A stretch of DNA of 64,000 nucleotides from Planctomycetota bacterium (GTDB taxonomy: Bacteria; Planctomycetota; UBA1135): assembly GCA_045047305.1 (NCBI GenBank), contig JASFYO010000029.1, forward strand, positions 1 through 64,000. Reading direction: 5' to 3'. Position numbers and translations under genes: made by a program. Below, piece after piece: positions 17,743 to 27,788 of the stretch (within the stretch, counting starts at the first letter, position 1; every line of letters starts with the position of its first letter). The notes beneath the pieces were generated by a model that saw only the letters and a list, made by a program, of their open reading frames with translations, was not told the origin of the DNA and ran no database searches.

Positions 17743-18781
17743 GTCGGACTCAAAGGCACAAAAAAGCCGTCTTGGCTACAGCATCGGCCCCCATCGCTTC
17801 GAGCATGGTCTATCACTGGCACCGATGGCAGGTAACACGAACCTAGCATACCGTCGTTTATGTCGCCGGTTCGGTGCGGAATTGACCACCACGGAAATGG
17901 TGAGTTCGATGGCCTTGCATCACAACGACGAAAAAACGCTGACCTTTCTAGAGCGTGGTGACGACGAACAGCCGGTTGCCGCGCAACTGTTTGGCGCCGA
18001 CCCTGAAATCTTGGCCAATGCCGCACGCAAAGTTCAAGAGCGTGGATTTCACATCGTAGATCTCAACATAGGATGTCCCGTGCCAAAGATTACTGGTGGC
18101 GGTGGTGGCAGTGCCCTCTTGCGAGAACCTGAACTTGCAGAACGTTGTATCGCAGCCATGAACGACGCGACCGACATCCCAGTCACCGTCAAAATGCGCG
18201 CCGGCTGGGATGAACAAGATCGCTCGGCACCTGAATTCGCCAAGCGTATGGAGCAAGCTGGCGCTGCAGGCCTTACCGTGCATGGCCGTACTCGCGAACA
18301 AAAATATATGGGCCATGCGGACTTAGATGTCATCCATGCCATCTCCGAGGCCATTTCCATTCCAGTGGTTGGCAACGGTGATGTGGTTGACCTCAAATCC
18401 GCCGCCCGTATGGCAGAGACCGGAGTTGCAGGCATCGCCATTGGGCGTGGAGCTTTAGGGCGGCCATGGTTGTTTGAGCAAACCCGTGCCATGTTTGCCG
18501 GCGACGTCATCCCCGAAGATCCAAACCTAGAAACGCGCGCACAACTTCTATTGGAACTCGGTGCCGGCGTGTGCAGTATCTACGGCGAACACCGGGGCAT
18601 GCGCATCATGCGCCGCCTAGCCACCGATTTTTTCCGCGGGATTCCCGGCGCCCCCACCATGCGAAAAGCCAGTCACGCTCTTGAGAGCATGACTGACCTT
18701 GAAGCGCTTGCCGCGCGCATTTCTACTTCGGCAAGTATTGATCCAAATCAGCTAAATCTGGACGACTTCCGTCCCAGTTAA
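17741..18781 (+). CDS. dusB: tRNA-dihydrouridine synthase
   Basis: LAPMAG, TEMVS, DLNIGCPVPK, TVKMRAGW, VHGRTREQ, GNGDV and IGRGALGRPW. Confidence 0.92.
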   Translation: MSDSKAQKSRLGYSIGPHRFEHGLSLAPMAGNTNLAYRRLCRRFGAELTTTEMVSSMALHHNDEKTLTFLERGDDEQPVAAQLFGADPEILANAARKVQERGFHIVDLNIGCPVPKITGGGGGSALLREPELAERCIAAMNDATDIPVTVKMRAGWDEQDRSAPEFAKRMEQAGAAGLTVHGRTREQKYMGHADLDVIHAISEAISIPVVGNGDVVDLKSAARMAETGVAGIAIGRGALGRPWLFEQTRAMFAGDVIPEDPNLETRAQLLLELGAGVCSIYGEHRGMRIMRRLATDFFRGIPGAPTMRKASHALESMTDLEALAARISTSASIDPNQLNLDDFRPS

Positions 18782-20219
18782 GCCCCTGCACCGTAAATAA
18801 TTTAGTGCTGGCTTTGGCATAGTCCATCCGCGCTTTGAACTCCTGACTTTCAGCGACCGCTAAGTCGGTCTGAAACTGTAGTACTTGGAAGTTGGTTGAC
18901 GCACCTTCTTGCAAGCGACGCTGCTCTGCCTCCAGTTGGCGACGTGCGACAGCGCTAGCACGTGCGGTAACCACCACGCGCTCGGCGTTGAAATTAATAT
19001 TACGCACCGCATCTCGTACTTCATTTGCGATTTCATTTTCCCGGTCGCGCAGAGTACGCACAGCCAAGCGATTCAACTGACGGGTACGATTTTCCTTACC
19101 TTTGTAGAGCGCATTGCCAAGCGGAATTTCAAAAATCAGACCTACGCTATAACCAGGGAAATCGCGGTTAGTTAGATTGCCAAAAGCATCACTAACTTGA
19201 ATTTCTTGGGCGGAATAACTTCCACTTCCGGTGAGGTCTAACTTGGGTAGAGTTCCGCGCTGTGCGACCTCCCAATCCAAGTTGGTTTGCTCGACGTCAA
19301 TACGTAGTTGGCGCAGATCGGCACGGAATTCACGAGCATTGGCGAAGGAGTCCCGCCAAGCCACAGCCGTTGCTTCTGCAACCGGAGGCAAACTCGATGG
19401 CTGCAATTCCAAATCCCATTGACCGCCATCCTCTAAACCAAACAGCAAAATACGCAGACGATCCGCGGCCTGATACACCGTGTTGTGGGCGGTAAGGAGG
19501 GCATCGGTGCGCGAGGCAATATCGGCCTCGGTTTGCACCACTTCCACCTCGGCAACAGCACCCACACGATACTTAGCTTCCGTGAGTGCCTTCAGTTCCT
19601 CTGCTAAGGACAAGGAGCGTTGCTTGACATCTCGATCGGCGTAGGCGAAAGCCAAATCCCAATAGGCATCGACTGCGGCTTGCACGACATCGGTTCCCGC
19701 TTGGCGGATTCCAGCAAGATCACGGTCGCGCGCATATTCAGCGAGTCGGAGTGCTTGGGTTCCGGTCATGTCCCAGGCACCACGCAGCAACGGCTGAGTG
19801 AAGTTGAGGGTGAGCGAGACGTCGGATTGGGGGTCGGGGAGGAAGCTGGCCTCGTTATAGCTTTCTTGGAATGCCAGATCGAAGGAGCCACCGGTAGTTA
19901 ACGCTTGACGGATACCCTGATTGGCATCGTAGCGCCTACTTTTGGTGTTGCCGAAGGAGCTGAAGAAGCCGTTCGCTGGTGATTCCGAAAAAGAATAGGT
20001 GACATCTGCGAACAACACAGGATCGAACGCGCCGTCGGCCTCCAACACGCCACCTTCTGCAGCCAATCCCCGCAAGCGGGCTTGGGCAAGCGCAGGTGCC
20101 TGTTCCGATGCAAGTAAAACTACTTCTTCCAGGCTGAGCTGGAGTACGGGAGGCGTTTCGGGTTCCTGAGCAGGAGCGGGGGCCAGGAAAAGGGTTAAAA
20201 AACCGAGGGACAGCAACAT
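18723..20219 (-). CDS. TolC-family outer membrane efflux protein
   Basis: Signal peptide; LSLEEVV, QPLLRG, AYWDL, LPKLDL and EQRRLQEGAST..VLQFQ pattern of two OEP repeats. Confidence 0.9.
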   Translation of the reverse strand: MLLSLGFLTLFLAPAPAQEPETPPVLQLSLEEVVLLASEQAPALAQARLRGLAAEGGVLEADGAFDPVLFADVTYSFSESPANGFFSSFGNTKSRRYDANQGIRQALTTGGSFDLAFQESYNEASFLPDPQSDVSLTLNFTQPLLRGAWDMTGTQALRLAEYARDRDLAGIRQAGTDVVQAAVDAYWDLAFAYADRDVKQRSLSLAEELKALTEAKYRVGAVAEVEVVQTEADIASRTDALLTAHNTVYQAADRLRILLFGLEDGGQWDLELQPSSLPPVAEATAVAWRDSFANAREFRADLRQLRIDVEQTNLDWEVAQRGTLPKLDLTGSGSYSAQEIQVSDAFGNLTNRDFPGYSVGLIFEIPLGNALYKGKENRTRQLNRLAVRTLRDRENEIANEVRDAVRNINFNAERVVVTARASAVARRQLEAEQRRLQEGASTNFQVLQFQTDLAVAESQEFKARMDYAKASTKLFTVQGLNWDGSRPDLADLDQYLPK

Positions 20220-20306
20220 GATGGGAAGGGGCTACGGGTGTAGCTTCAGCGCTATGGTACGGACGTCTGCGCCCTAGGTTTGTAGCTTTAAGAGGCTTTG
20301 AGCAGT

Positions 20307-21008
20307 CTATTGCCCAGAGCGAATAAAAGGTGCGCCTTCCCAACCCAAAGGAGCCTCAGCAGGCATGGCCAACTCCCCCGTCAAGACCCAATGCCATGCG
20401 GCCTGAGCACTACGGGAGGCCCCGTCTGCAGCGGTGGATGCTGGTGGCGTTTGCGCGAAAAGCTGGCGCTGGGCCGGGCTCAAAGCAAAAACTCCATCTT
20501 CACAAGCAGCCAAGAAAGCCACCCAGTCCACCTGTGCCACCCCAGCGTTTGGGCGTTGCGCAGCCTTCCAACTCATGCTGACGCGAGCCATACGGCTAGA
20601 TTGGTGTAATTCCAACAATTGCATCGCACTTAACTGGGGCGGATGACTCTCAAACTCCCCTTCTGGACCGATAATCGTGTAGCCAACGTTCCCGTCCGCG
20701 GCATCTTGGCGCCATCCTTCTTCTGAATACTCCTGCCGCGGCTCAAAACCTAAAACAGTTTTCTCGATTTTGGTAGGACCGAATAAGTACATCAGAGCAG
20801 CCACTGGAGCAGCAGCCATGGTCATCACCAATAAGCCGGCGGCAACCCGAATCAGTGGATTGGTGCGCAGAGCAGAACGAAAACTCCAGCTCTGCCGCAG
20901 GCGGGCCTGTAAGCCCTCATGGAAGTCTTCCGAAAGAGCTGGTTGCGGGTGCGCTTGGCGTAATTCGGCAGCGAAAAGATCGAGTTCGTTTTGATCTTCG
21001 AGATTCAT
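20307..21008 (-). CDS. Putative anti-sigma factor (single TM)
   Basis: Coupled downstream of the ECF sigma; short N-terminal domain, then TM helix (VAAGLLVMTMAAAPVAALMYLF). Confidence 0.6.
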   Translation of the reverse strand: MNLEDQNELDLFAAELRQAHPQPALSEDFHEGLQARLRQSWSFRSALRTNPLIRVAAGLLVMTMAAAPVAALMYLFGPTKIEKTVLGFEPRQEYSEEGWRQDAADGNVGYTIIGPEGEFESHPPQLSAMQLLELHQSSRMARVSMSWKAAQRPNAGVAQVDWVAFLAACEDGVFALSPAQRQLFAQTPPASTAADGASRSAQAAWHWVLTGELAMPAEAPLGWEGAPFIRSGQ

Positions 21009-21559
21009 GACTCCGCTCCTGGGTTAAGCTTCTGTACACGCTCACGCAAACGACGCAAGCTGTAGTAAACACGCGATTTCACCGTGCCGATGGGGATATC
21101 CAGGATCATCGCGACATCCTTGTAAGCCAGTTGTTGCAGTACTGCAAGCTCAAGAAGTTCGTGCGTTTCGTCATCGAGGCTCTCAAGCGCAAGTCGCAGT
21201 TGACTGGCACGGTCTTCTTGATCGGCAGAATCCAAAGGGCCTGGTTGCTCATCGGGGCGCTCACTGGCCTCTTCAGAGGAAAACTCACGGCCTGAGCGTC
21301 GGCGGTTGTCGATCCACAGGTTGCGTGCGATGCGCAGGCAAAAGGCATCCAAGCGCCCGCTAGGTTGATAGCGAGGCAAGTTCTGAATGATGCGGACGAA
21401 AACATTTTGGACTAGGTCTTCCGCCGTAGCTGGCTGAGCGCCTTGACGAAGAAAATAACCCTTGAGCCTTGGGGCCATTTCGGCGACTAACTCGTCGAAC
21501 GCAGCCGTGTCTCCGGCTTTGAAACGAACGAGGAAATCATCTGGGGTTCCCGTGCTCAT
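21005..21559 (-). CDS. ECF-type RNA polymerase sigma factor
   Basis: GDTAAFDELV, AEDLVQNVF, IARNLWID and YKDVAMILDIPIGTVKSRV. Confidence 0.93.
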   Translation of the reverse strand: MSTGTPDDFLVRFKAGDTAAFDELVAEMAPRLKGYFLRQGAQPATAEDLVQNVFVRIIQNLPRYQPSGRLDAFCLRIARNLWIDNRRRSGREFSSEEASERPDEQPGPLDSADQEDRASQLRLALESLDDETHELLELAVLQQLAYKDVAMILDIPIGTVKSRVYYSLRRLRERVQKLNPGAES

Positions 21560-21599
21560 GAACAAGGTCTCCAGGTAAACGGACGAGGCGCAAAAGAGT

Positions 21600-22082
21600 T
21601 CAACCTTTCAGCTCCTTTTCCCAGGATTTCTCCAAATTCGATAACAGGCTTTGCGACCTAATTCCAAGGGCAAATAATTGAACAAAACGGCCAGAATTCA
21701 CCACTTTTAGGTGAATTTCCAAGCGATCCTCCGGCCACCATTCCATTAATCGGTCCGCCCACTCGACCAAGAGAACATGTTTTTGATCAAATCGTTCACA
21801 TAAACCCTCCCCAAGCAAAGAATCCATGCGCGCTTCAAAGTAAGCATCGAGGTGCAGGACGGGGTGGCGTCCTTGATGTTCTTGGCACAAAAGGTAGGTT
21901 GGAGAACGCAGCGGGGTTTCACAACTTAACCCACGCCCGATTCCGCGGCTGATACTGGTCTTACCAGTCCCCAACTCCCCGATGAGGCCCACGCAATCCC
22001 CCGCTTCAAGCAGCTGTCCCAGGACTTCGCCAAAGCGTTCCGATTGTTCTTCCTCTTCGAGATGAAAGCCAGGCACGCTCAT
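21600..22082 (-). CDS. tsaE: tRNA threonylcarbamoyladenosine biosynthesis ATPase
   Basis: GELGTGKT, SPTYLL, HLDAY and LVEWAD. Confidence 0.92.
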   Translation of the reverse strand: MSVPGFHLEEEEQSERFGEVLGQLLEAGDCVGLIGELGTGKTSISRGIGRGLSCETPLRSPTYLLCQEHQGRHPVLHLDAYFEARMDSLLGEGLCERFDQKHVLLVEWADRLMEWWPEDRLEIHLKVVNSGRFVQLFALGIRSQSLLSNLEKSWEKELKG

Positions 22083-22987
22083 TTCCACTGGTACTCCCAC
22101 CCCTTGGCAGACATACGCCTTGGTTTCCCATTTTCTAGCCAACGCAGTTTCGACCCTTCTACAATCACACCAATTTCGTGGATACCGGTTTTGCGCAGTA
22201 ACCGGTCCTGCAGCGCAGCCTTGGCCTGTCGCGGCGACAGCACGACCAGAAGCTCATAATCTTCACCTTCCCCGATGGCGCTATTCCACGCATGGAGCCC
22301 AGGAACGAGCGTTGCCGATAAAGGTAAAGAAGTTAACTCGACTTCGGCACCCATTCCGCTTGCCTGAAGAATACGGGGTAAATCCTTAGCCAAGCCATCG
22401 GACAGGTCCATCATCGCATGCGGTTTGTAACGTTGCACCAAACGTTTGCCTTCTTGCAGACGTGGCTGTGGAAGCAAATGCGCACCGCTTGTGACTGCAT
22501 CGCCAAGCGCACCAGTCACTAGGACGACGTCGCCCAGCTTGGCCCCCGCACGACCAGGTACCGGGCCTTGGTCCAAGCCGATGGCTGTACAGGTCAAGAC
22601 CACTTGAGATGCCATGCTGCAATCGCCACCAATGACAGGGACATCGAAGGCTTCGGCCTCGGCGAGAAAAGCTGTGGCCAAACTGCGGATTTGAGCGGCA
22701 GTCCATGTGGGTGGAAGCGCAAGGGTCCAAGAAACCGCCCACGGCTTTGCACCGACGGCGGCCAAGTCACTCAAGGTCCGGCGCAAGAGTTTGCGCGCAT
22801 AAGTTTTGGGGGGCGCAGCGGCCGCGAGATGCACTCCGGCAATGACTTGATCTACGGTTTGCAACAGTCGGCGGCCTTTTGGTGGGGTCAATTGCGCACA
22901 ATCGGCACCTGGACCCAGAATCCCCTTCCTTCGCACGAAGGAAGATTGGAAAATGCGGTGCAGGCTTTCCTCGCGGTAGCCACTCAT
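22079..22987 (-). CDS. thiL: Thiamine-monophosphate kinase
   Basis: GPGADCA, LSDLAAVGAKP, IGGD, DLSDGL and GEDYEL. Confidence 0.9.
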   Translation of the reverse strand: MSGYREESLHRIFQSSFVRRKGILGPGADCAQLTPPKGRRLLQTVDQVIAGVHLAAAAPPKTYARKLLRRTLSDLAAVGAKPWAVSWTLALPPTWTAAQIRSLATAFLAEAEAFDVPVIGGDCSMASQVVLTCTAIGLDQGPVPGRAGAKLGDVVLVTGALGDAVTSGAHLLPQPRLQEGKRLVQRYKPHAMMDLSDGLAKDLPRILQASGMGAEVELTSLPLSATLVPGLHAWNSAIGEGEDYELLVVLSPRQAKAALQDRLLRKTGIHEIGVIVEGSKLRWLENGKPRRMSAKGWEYQWK

Positions 22988-22990
22988 CCC

Positions 22991-23476
22991 ATGAACCTCA
23001 GGCACCTGAATTCACGCCATAATCGCGGCCTCACTCGTAATGAGTGGCTGTGGACGCTGTTGTTGCTTGCCGTCATCGTTGGCACGATTGTAAGCACCCT
23101 GGACGCAGAAGTTGAGCGTGGGAACGAACGAATGGCGCGCGACACGATTTCTTATCTCTCGAGCCAGCTATATCTGGGGCTTGAGGATAAAGAATTTACA
23201 GCTCCCGCAGAGCTCCCACTACCGATGCTTGGCCCTGGCCTACTGCCAGATGGCTTGCCTCAGAGCAATACAGCACCGCCGAGCCTCAAGCAAATAATGC
23301 CCGAGAATGGCTACCTGCCGGTCGACCCCTGGGGACATGGCTATGTACTTATGCTCGGCACCGCCGACAACATGATGGCCCTATTTGTGGTCTCTGCTGG
23401 CGGCGATGGCCTCCTTCCCGCAGAAGTCAATATGGAAACGCCTTTTGCGAAACGCGTGCATTTCCCGCCCAACTAG
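22991..23476 (+). CDS. Pseudopilin/GspG-like protein
   Basis: Basic leader followed by GLTRNEWLWTLLLLAVIVG (degenerate prepilin motif); LPVDPWGHGY and VSAGGDG as in GspG. Confidence 0.7.
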   Translation: MNLRHLNSRHNRGLTRNEWLWTLLLLAVIVGTIVSTLDAEVERGNERMARDTISYLSSQLYLGLEDKEFTAPAELPLPMLGPGLLPDGLPQSNTAPPSLKQIMPENGYLPVDPWGHGYVLMLGTADNMMALFVVSAGGDGLLPAEVNMETPFAKRVHFPPN

Positions 23477-23491
23477 AGGGCGCCTAGGAAG

Positions 23492-24094
23492 TTAAGCAAA
23501 GGCACCAACGAGATCCTGCATTTGCGCGGCACTTTTTGCTGCGCGTAAAACCGCAACTCCGTGTGCGCCGACTTGGATACAGGCTTCCGCCTGGGCTTGA
23601 TGGCTAATCCCACCGATGGCAATCACAGGAACCTGATGACTGCAAGCCAATCTCAACTGTTCGATCCCGCGAGGCTCGAGAATGCCATTTTTTTTCGGCG
23701 TGGACCATATGGGGCCGAAGATGAGAAAGTCTGCTCCTTGATGAAGGGCTAACTCAATTTCTTGTTGCGTGTGGGTGGACGCTCCGAGCAATAGGCCAGG
23801 AAATTTTGCGCGATAAACTGAAATAGGCAAGCTTCGGAAACCTGCAATCACAGCATGAGCCCCGGCCGCCAAAGCGAGATCAGCATGTCCGTGGACGGCA
23901 ACGAAGGATGCATTTTGCACCAAAGATTTTGCCGAATACAATGCGATTTTCGCTCCACCACTTGGCCGACGTAAAGTCACTGCAGCAGACAAAGCGGCAG
24001 TCTGCAAAAAGGATTGCGTTTCAGCAACACCTGCGAGTTCCGAGCCTATAGCCCACACCCCACGTGGGATCTGCTCCATGGGCCCAGTCATCAA
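23492..24094 (-). CDS. thiE: Thiamine-phosphate synthase (ThiE/TenI family)
   Basis: GASTH, GADFLIFGPIWSTPKK, PVIAIGGI and GAHGVAV; the N-terminal half is divergent. Confidence 0.75.
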   Translation of the reverse strand: MMTGPMEQIPRGVWAIGSELAGVAETQSFLQTAALSAAVTLRRPSGGAKIALYSAKSLVQNASFVAVHGHADLALAAGAHAVIAGFRSLPISVYRAKFPGLLLGASTHTQQEIELALHQGADFLIFGPIWSTPKKNGILEPRGIEQLRLACSHQVPVIAIGGISHQAQAEACIQVGAHGVAVLRAAKSAAQMQDLVGAFA

Positions 24095-26085
24095 GCCACG
24101 CGTAAACTAGCGCCGTAGTCTCGAACCCAAGAGGAGAGGGAATCCACCTCAACTTCGCCATGAAGTTGCACCGTGCTGTCGTCCAAACGGTCAAAGCCTA
24201 TGCCGCGAAGCTCTGGATGCAAGGTTAAGCGGTCAAGCACTTCCTTATGTTCACAAAACAAACGCCCATCGTCAGTAAAAGTTACCAGCCCTCCTTTTCG
24301 CGCCCAGGACTCCAAGGAATAACTTACATTTTGAGGCATTGGAGTCCGACTGTTGTCCTTGAGCAAAGCAAAGATTTCGTCGAGTTTCATGCCTTCGGAG
24401 AGGGCACGGTGCAAACTCGCTGGCGTCACACGGTAGTGGTATAGCGAATCCGTGAACTCACGTTCGCAGAAACGATCGAGGTGATACACCAAATCGTGGC
24501 AGCGGCTGTCTGGAAACAGGACGATTTCAAAGTCCGGATTCACCACCACATGACCACTACCTTCAATTTCGCGGCCAGGGATGACATCGAGCAATTCTCC
24601 ACCGACGCGAGTGAGACGAATCGCGACGGCGCGTCCAGAGGAGTCATAAGCCATATCGATGATGCCAAGTAAGTAGAGGTACTTACGCATCCAGACAAAT
24701 AGGTTCCACGACAGGCTCTGCATGTCTGCGGAAGAGCGCACCGGAAAAGAAGACTTTTCTTGCTCGACCAGTTCCGTGCAGGTTAATGCAGCTAGGTGGT
24801 GATTGCGTGCGATGAATGGCAGGAACATGGCATCGTGCCAGACTCCAGGCTCCAAGCGTTTAATGTAGCGCAGGGTGGTACGACGCAAACGTAACTGATG
24901 ACTAAGATCTCCTGGAAGCTCACGGTCCTCCACAAACCAATCCAGCATCAATCGTTGCTTCTCCAACAAAGTCATACTGAGGAATTTCTGCGCCTCGGGA
25001 GTGAGACGAAAACTGCGCGCTCCAGTGCGGTCAATGAATTGACATGCCAATGCGAATCTATATTCCAGTTCAAGAATCTCAAAGCGACGGAATTCGCGGC
25101 CGGGATTCGGCAATAACTGTTCAGCAATACGCTTACCCGTGCTTTTGAAGATTGTGCCGCGGGTCGTGAAGCGAACGGTATCGCCTTCTACGAACGAGGC
25201 AAAACGCGAGAAGTTGGAAACAAAATCAACTCCAAAGGAAGCGATGGAATCAGGCTTAGGCTCCCCGGTTAAGGAAATATTCTTGAGAATCGCGACCACT
25301 ACTTCTTGGAACAAGCAGAGTACACGCCCGTTTTGACGAATCCCTGAGCCTTCTAGATTCAAGCTCAAACGAGTACCTAATGAGTTCTTCTCCAGAGCTT
25401 TCACCACGACATCAATCTTGGTGTCGCTGCCAAGATCATCATAATCACCTACCGGGAGCAATCCGCCCCAGCGCATGGCAAGGGATTCCACAAGAATACG
25501 CACAGACTCATCCAGGTTTTTGAGTCGCGATAACACAGCATCTTCACTGGCCAACAGCGTATACATTTTACGCACAGCTTCACCGCCAGTAGCAGCTGGC
25601 ATCTTGGTGCGGTAAAACTCAGTCAGCCAGCCGCGCAATGAAATGGGACTACTCGTCACCATTTCCTGAGCCCCGTGCTCTGGCAATACAGCCGCCAGTT
25701 CCTCTGGGATTCCCCAAAGGTGTTTACTTGATCCATTGCTTCCATGAGAAACTTGCGCCACCAATCCCGTCGAAACTAAATCAGAAAGCGCCGGGCGCAC
25801 ACTGCGCTCTGCAACGCCTTCCTTGATTGCGATGGAGCGAAGGTAATCGAAATCGTGGCCGTCTCCAGCGTCTACGCTCAAGACCCGGAAGACCGGCGCT
25901 AAGGCCCCATAAAGGCCGAAGCAAAGATTGCTCACCGAAACAGGATCGACCATGCGGTCACGCAACACTTGGACTATAACGGCACGTCGTGCAGGAGGTG
26001 TGCCCCCAATCCAACGGTCGTGCAAATCGATCAACTCGCTTTCCGAACGGGAAGCAAGAGTGCGAGCGAGAGAGATGCGAACCAT
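24091..26085 (-). CDS. XPB-associated protein with C-terminal helicase-associated domain
   Basis: C-terminal VVNPDFEIV..LDRFCE..YRVTPASLHRAL..MPQNVSYSLESW mirrors the XPB N-terminal domain; lies directly downstream of XPB. Confidence 0.8.
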   Translation of the reverse strand: MVRISLARTLASRSESELIDLHDRWIGGTPPARRAVIVQVLRDRMVDPVSVSNLCFGLYGALAPVFRVLSVDAGDGHDFDYLRSIAIKEGVAERSVRPALSDLVSTGLVAQVSHGSNGSSKHLWGIPEELAAVLPEHGAQEMVTSSPISLRGWLTEFYRTKMPAATGGEAVRKMYTLLASEDAVLSRLKNLDESVRILVESLAMRWGGLLPVGDYDDLGSDTKIDVVVKALEKNSLGTRLSLNLEGSGIRQNGRVLCLFQEVVVAILKNISLTGEPKPDSIASFGVDFVSNFSRFASFVEGDTVRFTTRGTIFKSTGKRIAEQLLPNPGREFRRFEILELEYRFALACQFIDRTGARSFRLTPEAQKFLSMTLLEKQRLMLDWFVEDRELPGDLSHQLRLRRTTLRYIKRLEPGVWHDAMFLPFIARNHHLAALTCTELVEQEKSSFPVRSSADMQSLSWNLFVWMRKYLYLLGIIDMAYDSSGRAVAIRLTRVGGELLDVIPGREIEGSGHVVVNPDFEIVLFPDSRCHDLVYHLDRFCEREFTDSLYHYRVTPASLHRALSEGMKLDEIFALLKDNSRTPMPQNVSYSLESWARKGGLVTFTDDGRLFCEHKEVLDRLTLHPELRGIGFDRLDDSTVQLHGEVEVDSLSSWVRDYGASLRVA

Positions 26086-26087
26086 TT

Positions 26088-27788
26088 TTAGAGTTTGGAA
26101 GGCAGAAGGCTCTGCGCAGGGAGGATTTGATAGGTGTAGCCTTGTTCGGTCAAGAAACGCTGACGCTTCTCGGCAAAATCCTGATCCGAAGTCCCCTCAC
26201 TCACCAAGGTGTAAAAACTTGCACCGCGACCATCCTTCTTGGGACGTAAAATACGCCCTAAACGCTGTGCCTCTTCCTGTCGTGAACCATAGGTGCCAGA
26301 AATTTGAAGCAACACGTTTGCATCTGGTAAATCAATCGCAAAGTTACCCACTTTGGAGACCAGCAACACCTTTTCCGTTCCGTCGCGGAAGGCTTGATAA
26401 AGCTTGTCACGTTCTGGGTTCGGCATTTTCCCGGTGATTAGTGGCACGCCAAGTTCCTTCTCCAAAGCGTGCAACTGATCCAAGTATTGACCAATAATCA
26501 GAATGCGATCGCCATCATGCTTTTGCAGCAATGTGAGTAAAGCATCCGTTTTGCATGGGTTCTCGGAGGACAAGCGAAAACGAGCGCGCTTTCCGGAGGC
26601 CAAGTATTCCAAGCGTAGTTCCTCGCTTAATGGCACGCGCACTTCGATGCATTCCACCTTTGCAATATAGCCCCGACGCTCTAAATCTTTCCACGGAGCG
26701 TCGTAACGCTTGGGACCGATCATGCAGAATACTTCGTCTTCCTTGCCGTCTTCGCGGACTAAGGTAGCGGTCAAGCCCAGGCGTCGTCGCGCTTGGATTT
26801 CCGCAGTAGCACGAAAAACGGGTGCAGGCAAAAGGTGGACCTCATCGTAAATAATGAGTCCCCAATCTCCGCGCGAGAATAAATCAAAGTGGACGAAATC
26901 CTCACCTTTGTTCTTGCGATAAGTCAGGATTTGATAAGTGGTCAAAGTAACCGGTTTGATTTCTTTAACTTCTCCAGAATACTCACCGATTTGATCTTCC
27001 GTGAGCTCGGTTTTGTCCAACAGTTCGCGGCGCCATTGGCGCAAGGCAACAGTGTTCGGGGTCACCACCAAAGTATGCGCGCCAACCGCTTGCATAGCAG
27101 CTATCCCAACAATGGTTTTCCCTGCGCCACAAGGCAATACCACCACGCCACTCCCGCCATCAGCACGGCCATCATGATGAAAACTGGAGACGGCTTCATT
27201 TTGATACGGGCGCAAAACAAAGGGGTCACCATTCTCCATTACGCCGCGCATTTTAATTTCTAAGGGCGTGCCAGCGACGTAACCAGCCAAATCTTGTACT
27301 GGATATCCGAGCTTCATCAACCGCTCTTTGACTAAACCACGACGCGCCTTGGTCACCCAAGCCAAACCAGCCTCAGCGTCGAAGGAATCAAAATGGCAGA
27401 CCAGATCAGGGTCGTGAACGAGCTCGCCTAGAACTTTGGCCTCCGACGCTTTCAAGCAGAGTAAATCACCGCGCTTTTCATCCGCATGCAGGGTAAATAC
27501 TTCCGCTCGATGAAACCAAGTGGTGACTTCGACCTGAAAGTTTTGCGGGATTCCATAACGTGCGTTCTCTCCGAGAAAACCTAGTATGCTTTCGGCGTTC
27601 AAGCCTACTGCTGCCGCATTCCACACTGAAACCGGAGTAATCCGGTAGGTGTGCAAATACTCTGGCGACTTCACCAATTCAGCAAAGGGAAGCAAGCCAT
27701 TACGCATCGCGATAAAGTCCGGATGTGCCGTCTCCACCACGATAGTCATATCGCTTTGAAGAATTAGGGGGTGGTCGCCGAGGCTCAA
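26088..27788 (-). CDS. xpb: DNA repair helicase XPB (Ssl2/ERCC3-like)
   Basis: PLILQSD, ELVKSPEYLHTYRITP, LPCGAGKT, DEVH, GLTATLVREDG and QEEAQRLGRILRP. Confidence 0.95.
   Translation of the reverse strand: MSLGDHPLILQSDMTIVVETAHPDFIAMRNGLLPFAELVKSPEYLHTYRITPVSVWNAAAVGLNAESILGFLGENARYGIPQNFQVEVTTWFHRAEVFTLHADEKRGDLLCLKASEAKVLGELVHDPDLVCHFDSFDAEAGLAWVTKARRGLVKERLMKLGYPVQDLAGYVAGTPLEIKMRGVMENGDPFVLRPYQNEAVSSFHHDGRADGGSGVVVLPCGAGKTIVGIAAMQAVGAHTLVVTPNTVALRQWRRELLDKTELTEDQIGEYSGEVKEIKPVTLTTYQILTYRKNKGEDFVHFDLFSRGDWGLIIYDEVHLLPAPVFRATAEIQARRRLGLTATLVREDGKEDEVFCMIGPKRYDAPWKDLERRGYIAKVECIEVRVPLSEELRLEYLASGKRARFRLSSENPCKTDALLTLLQKHDGDRILIIGQYLDQLHALEKELGVPLITGKMPNPERDKLYQAFRDGTEKVLLVSKVGNFAIDLPDANVLLQISGTYGSRQEEAQRLGRILRPKKDGRGASFYTLVSEGTSDQDFAEKRQRFLTEQGYTYQILPAQSLLPSKL

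Noticed and set aside
22568..22990. Long N-terminal extension of the pseudopilin ORF
   Set aside because: Antisense to thiL; the prepilin-like leader begins at ATG 22991.
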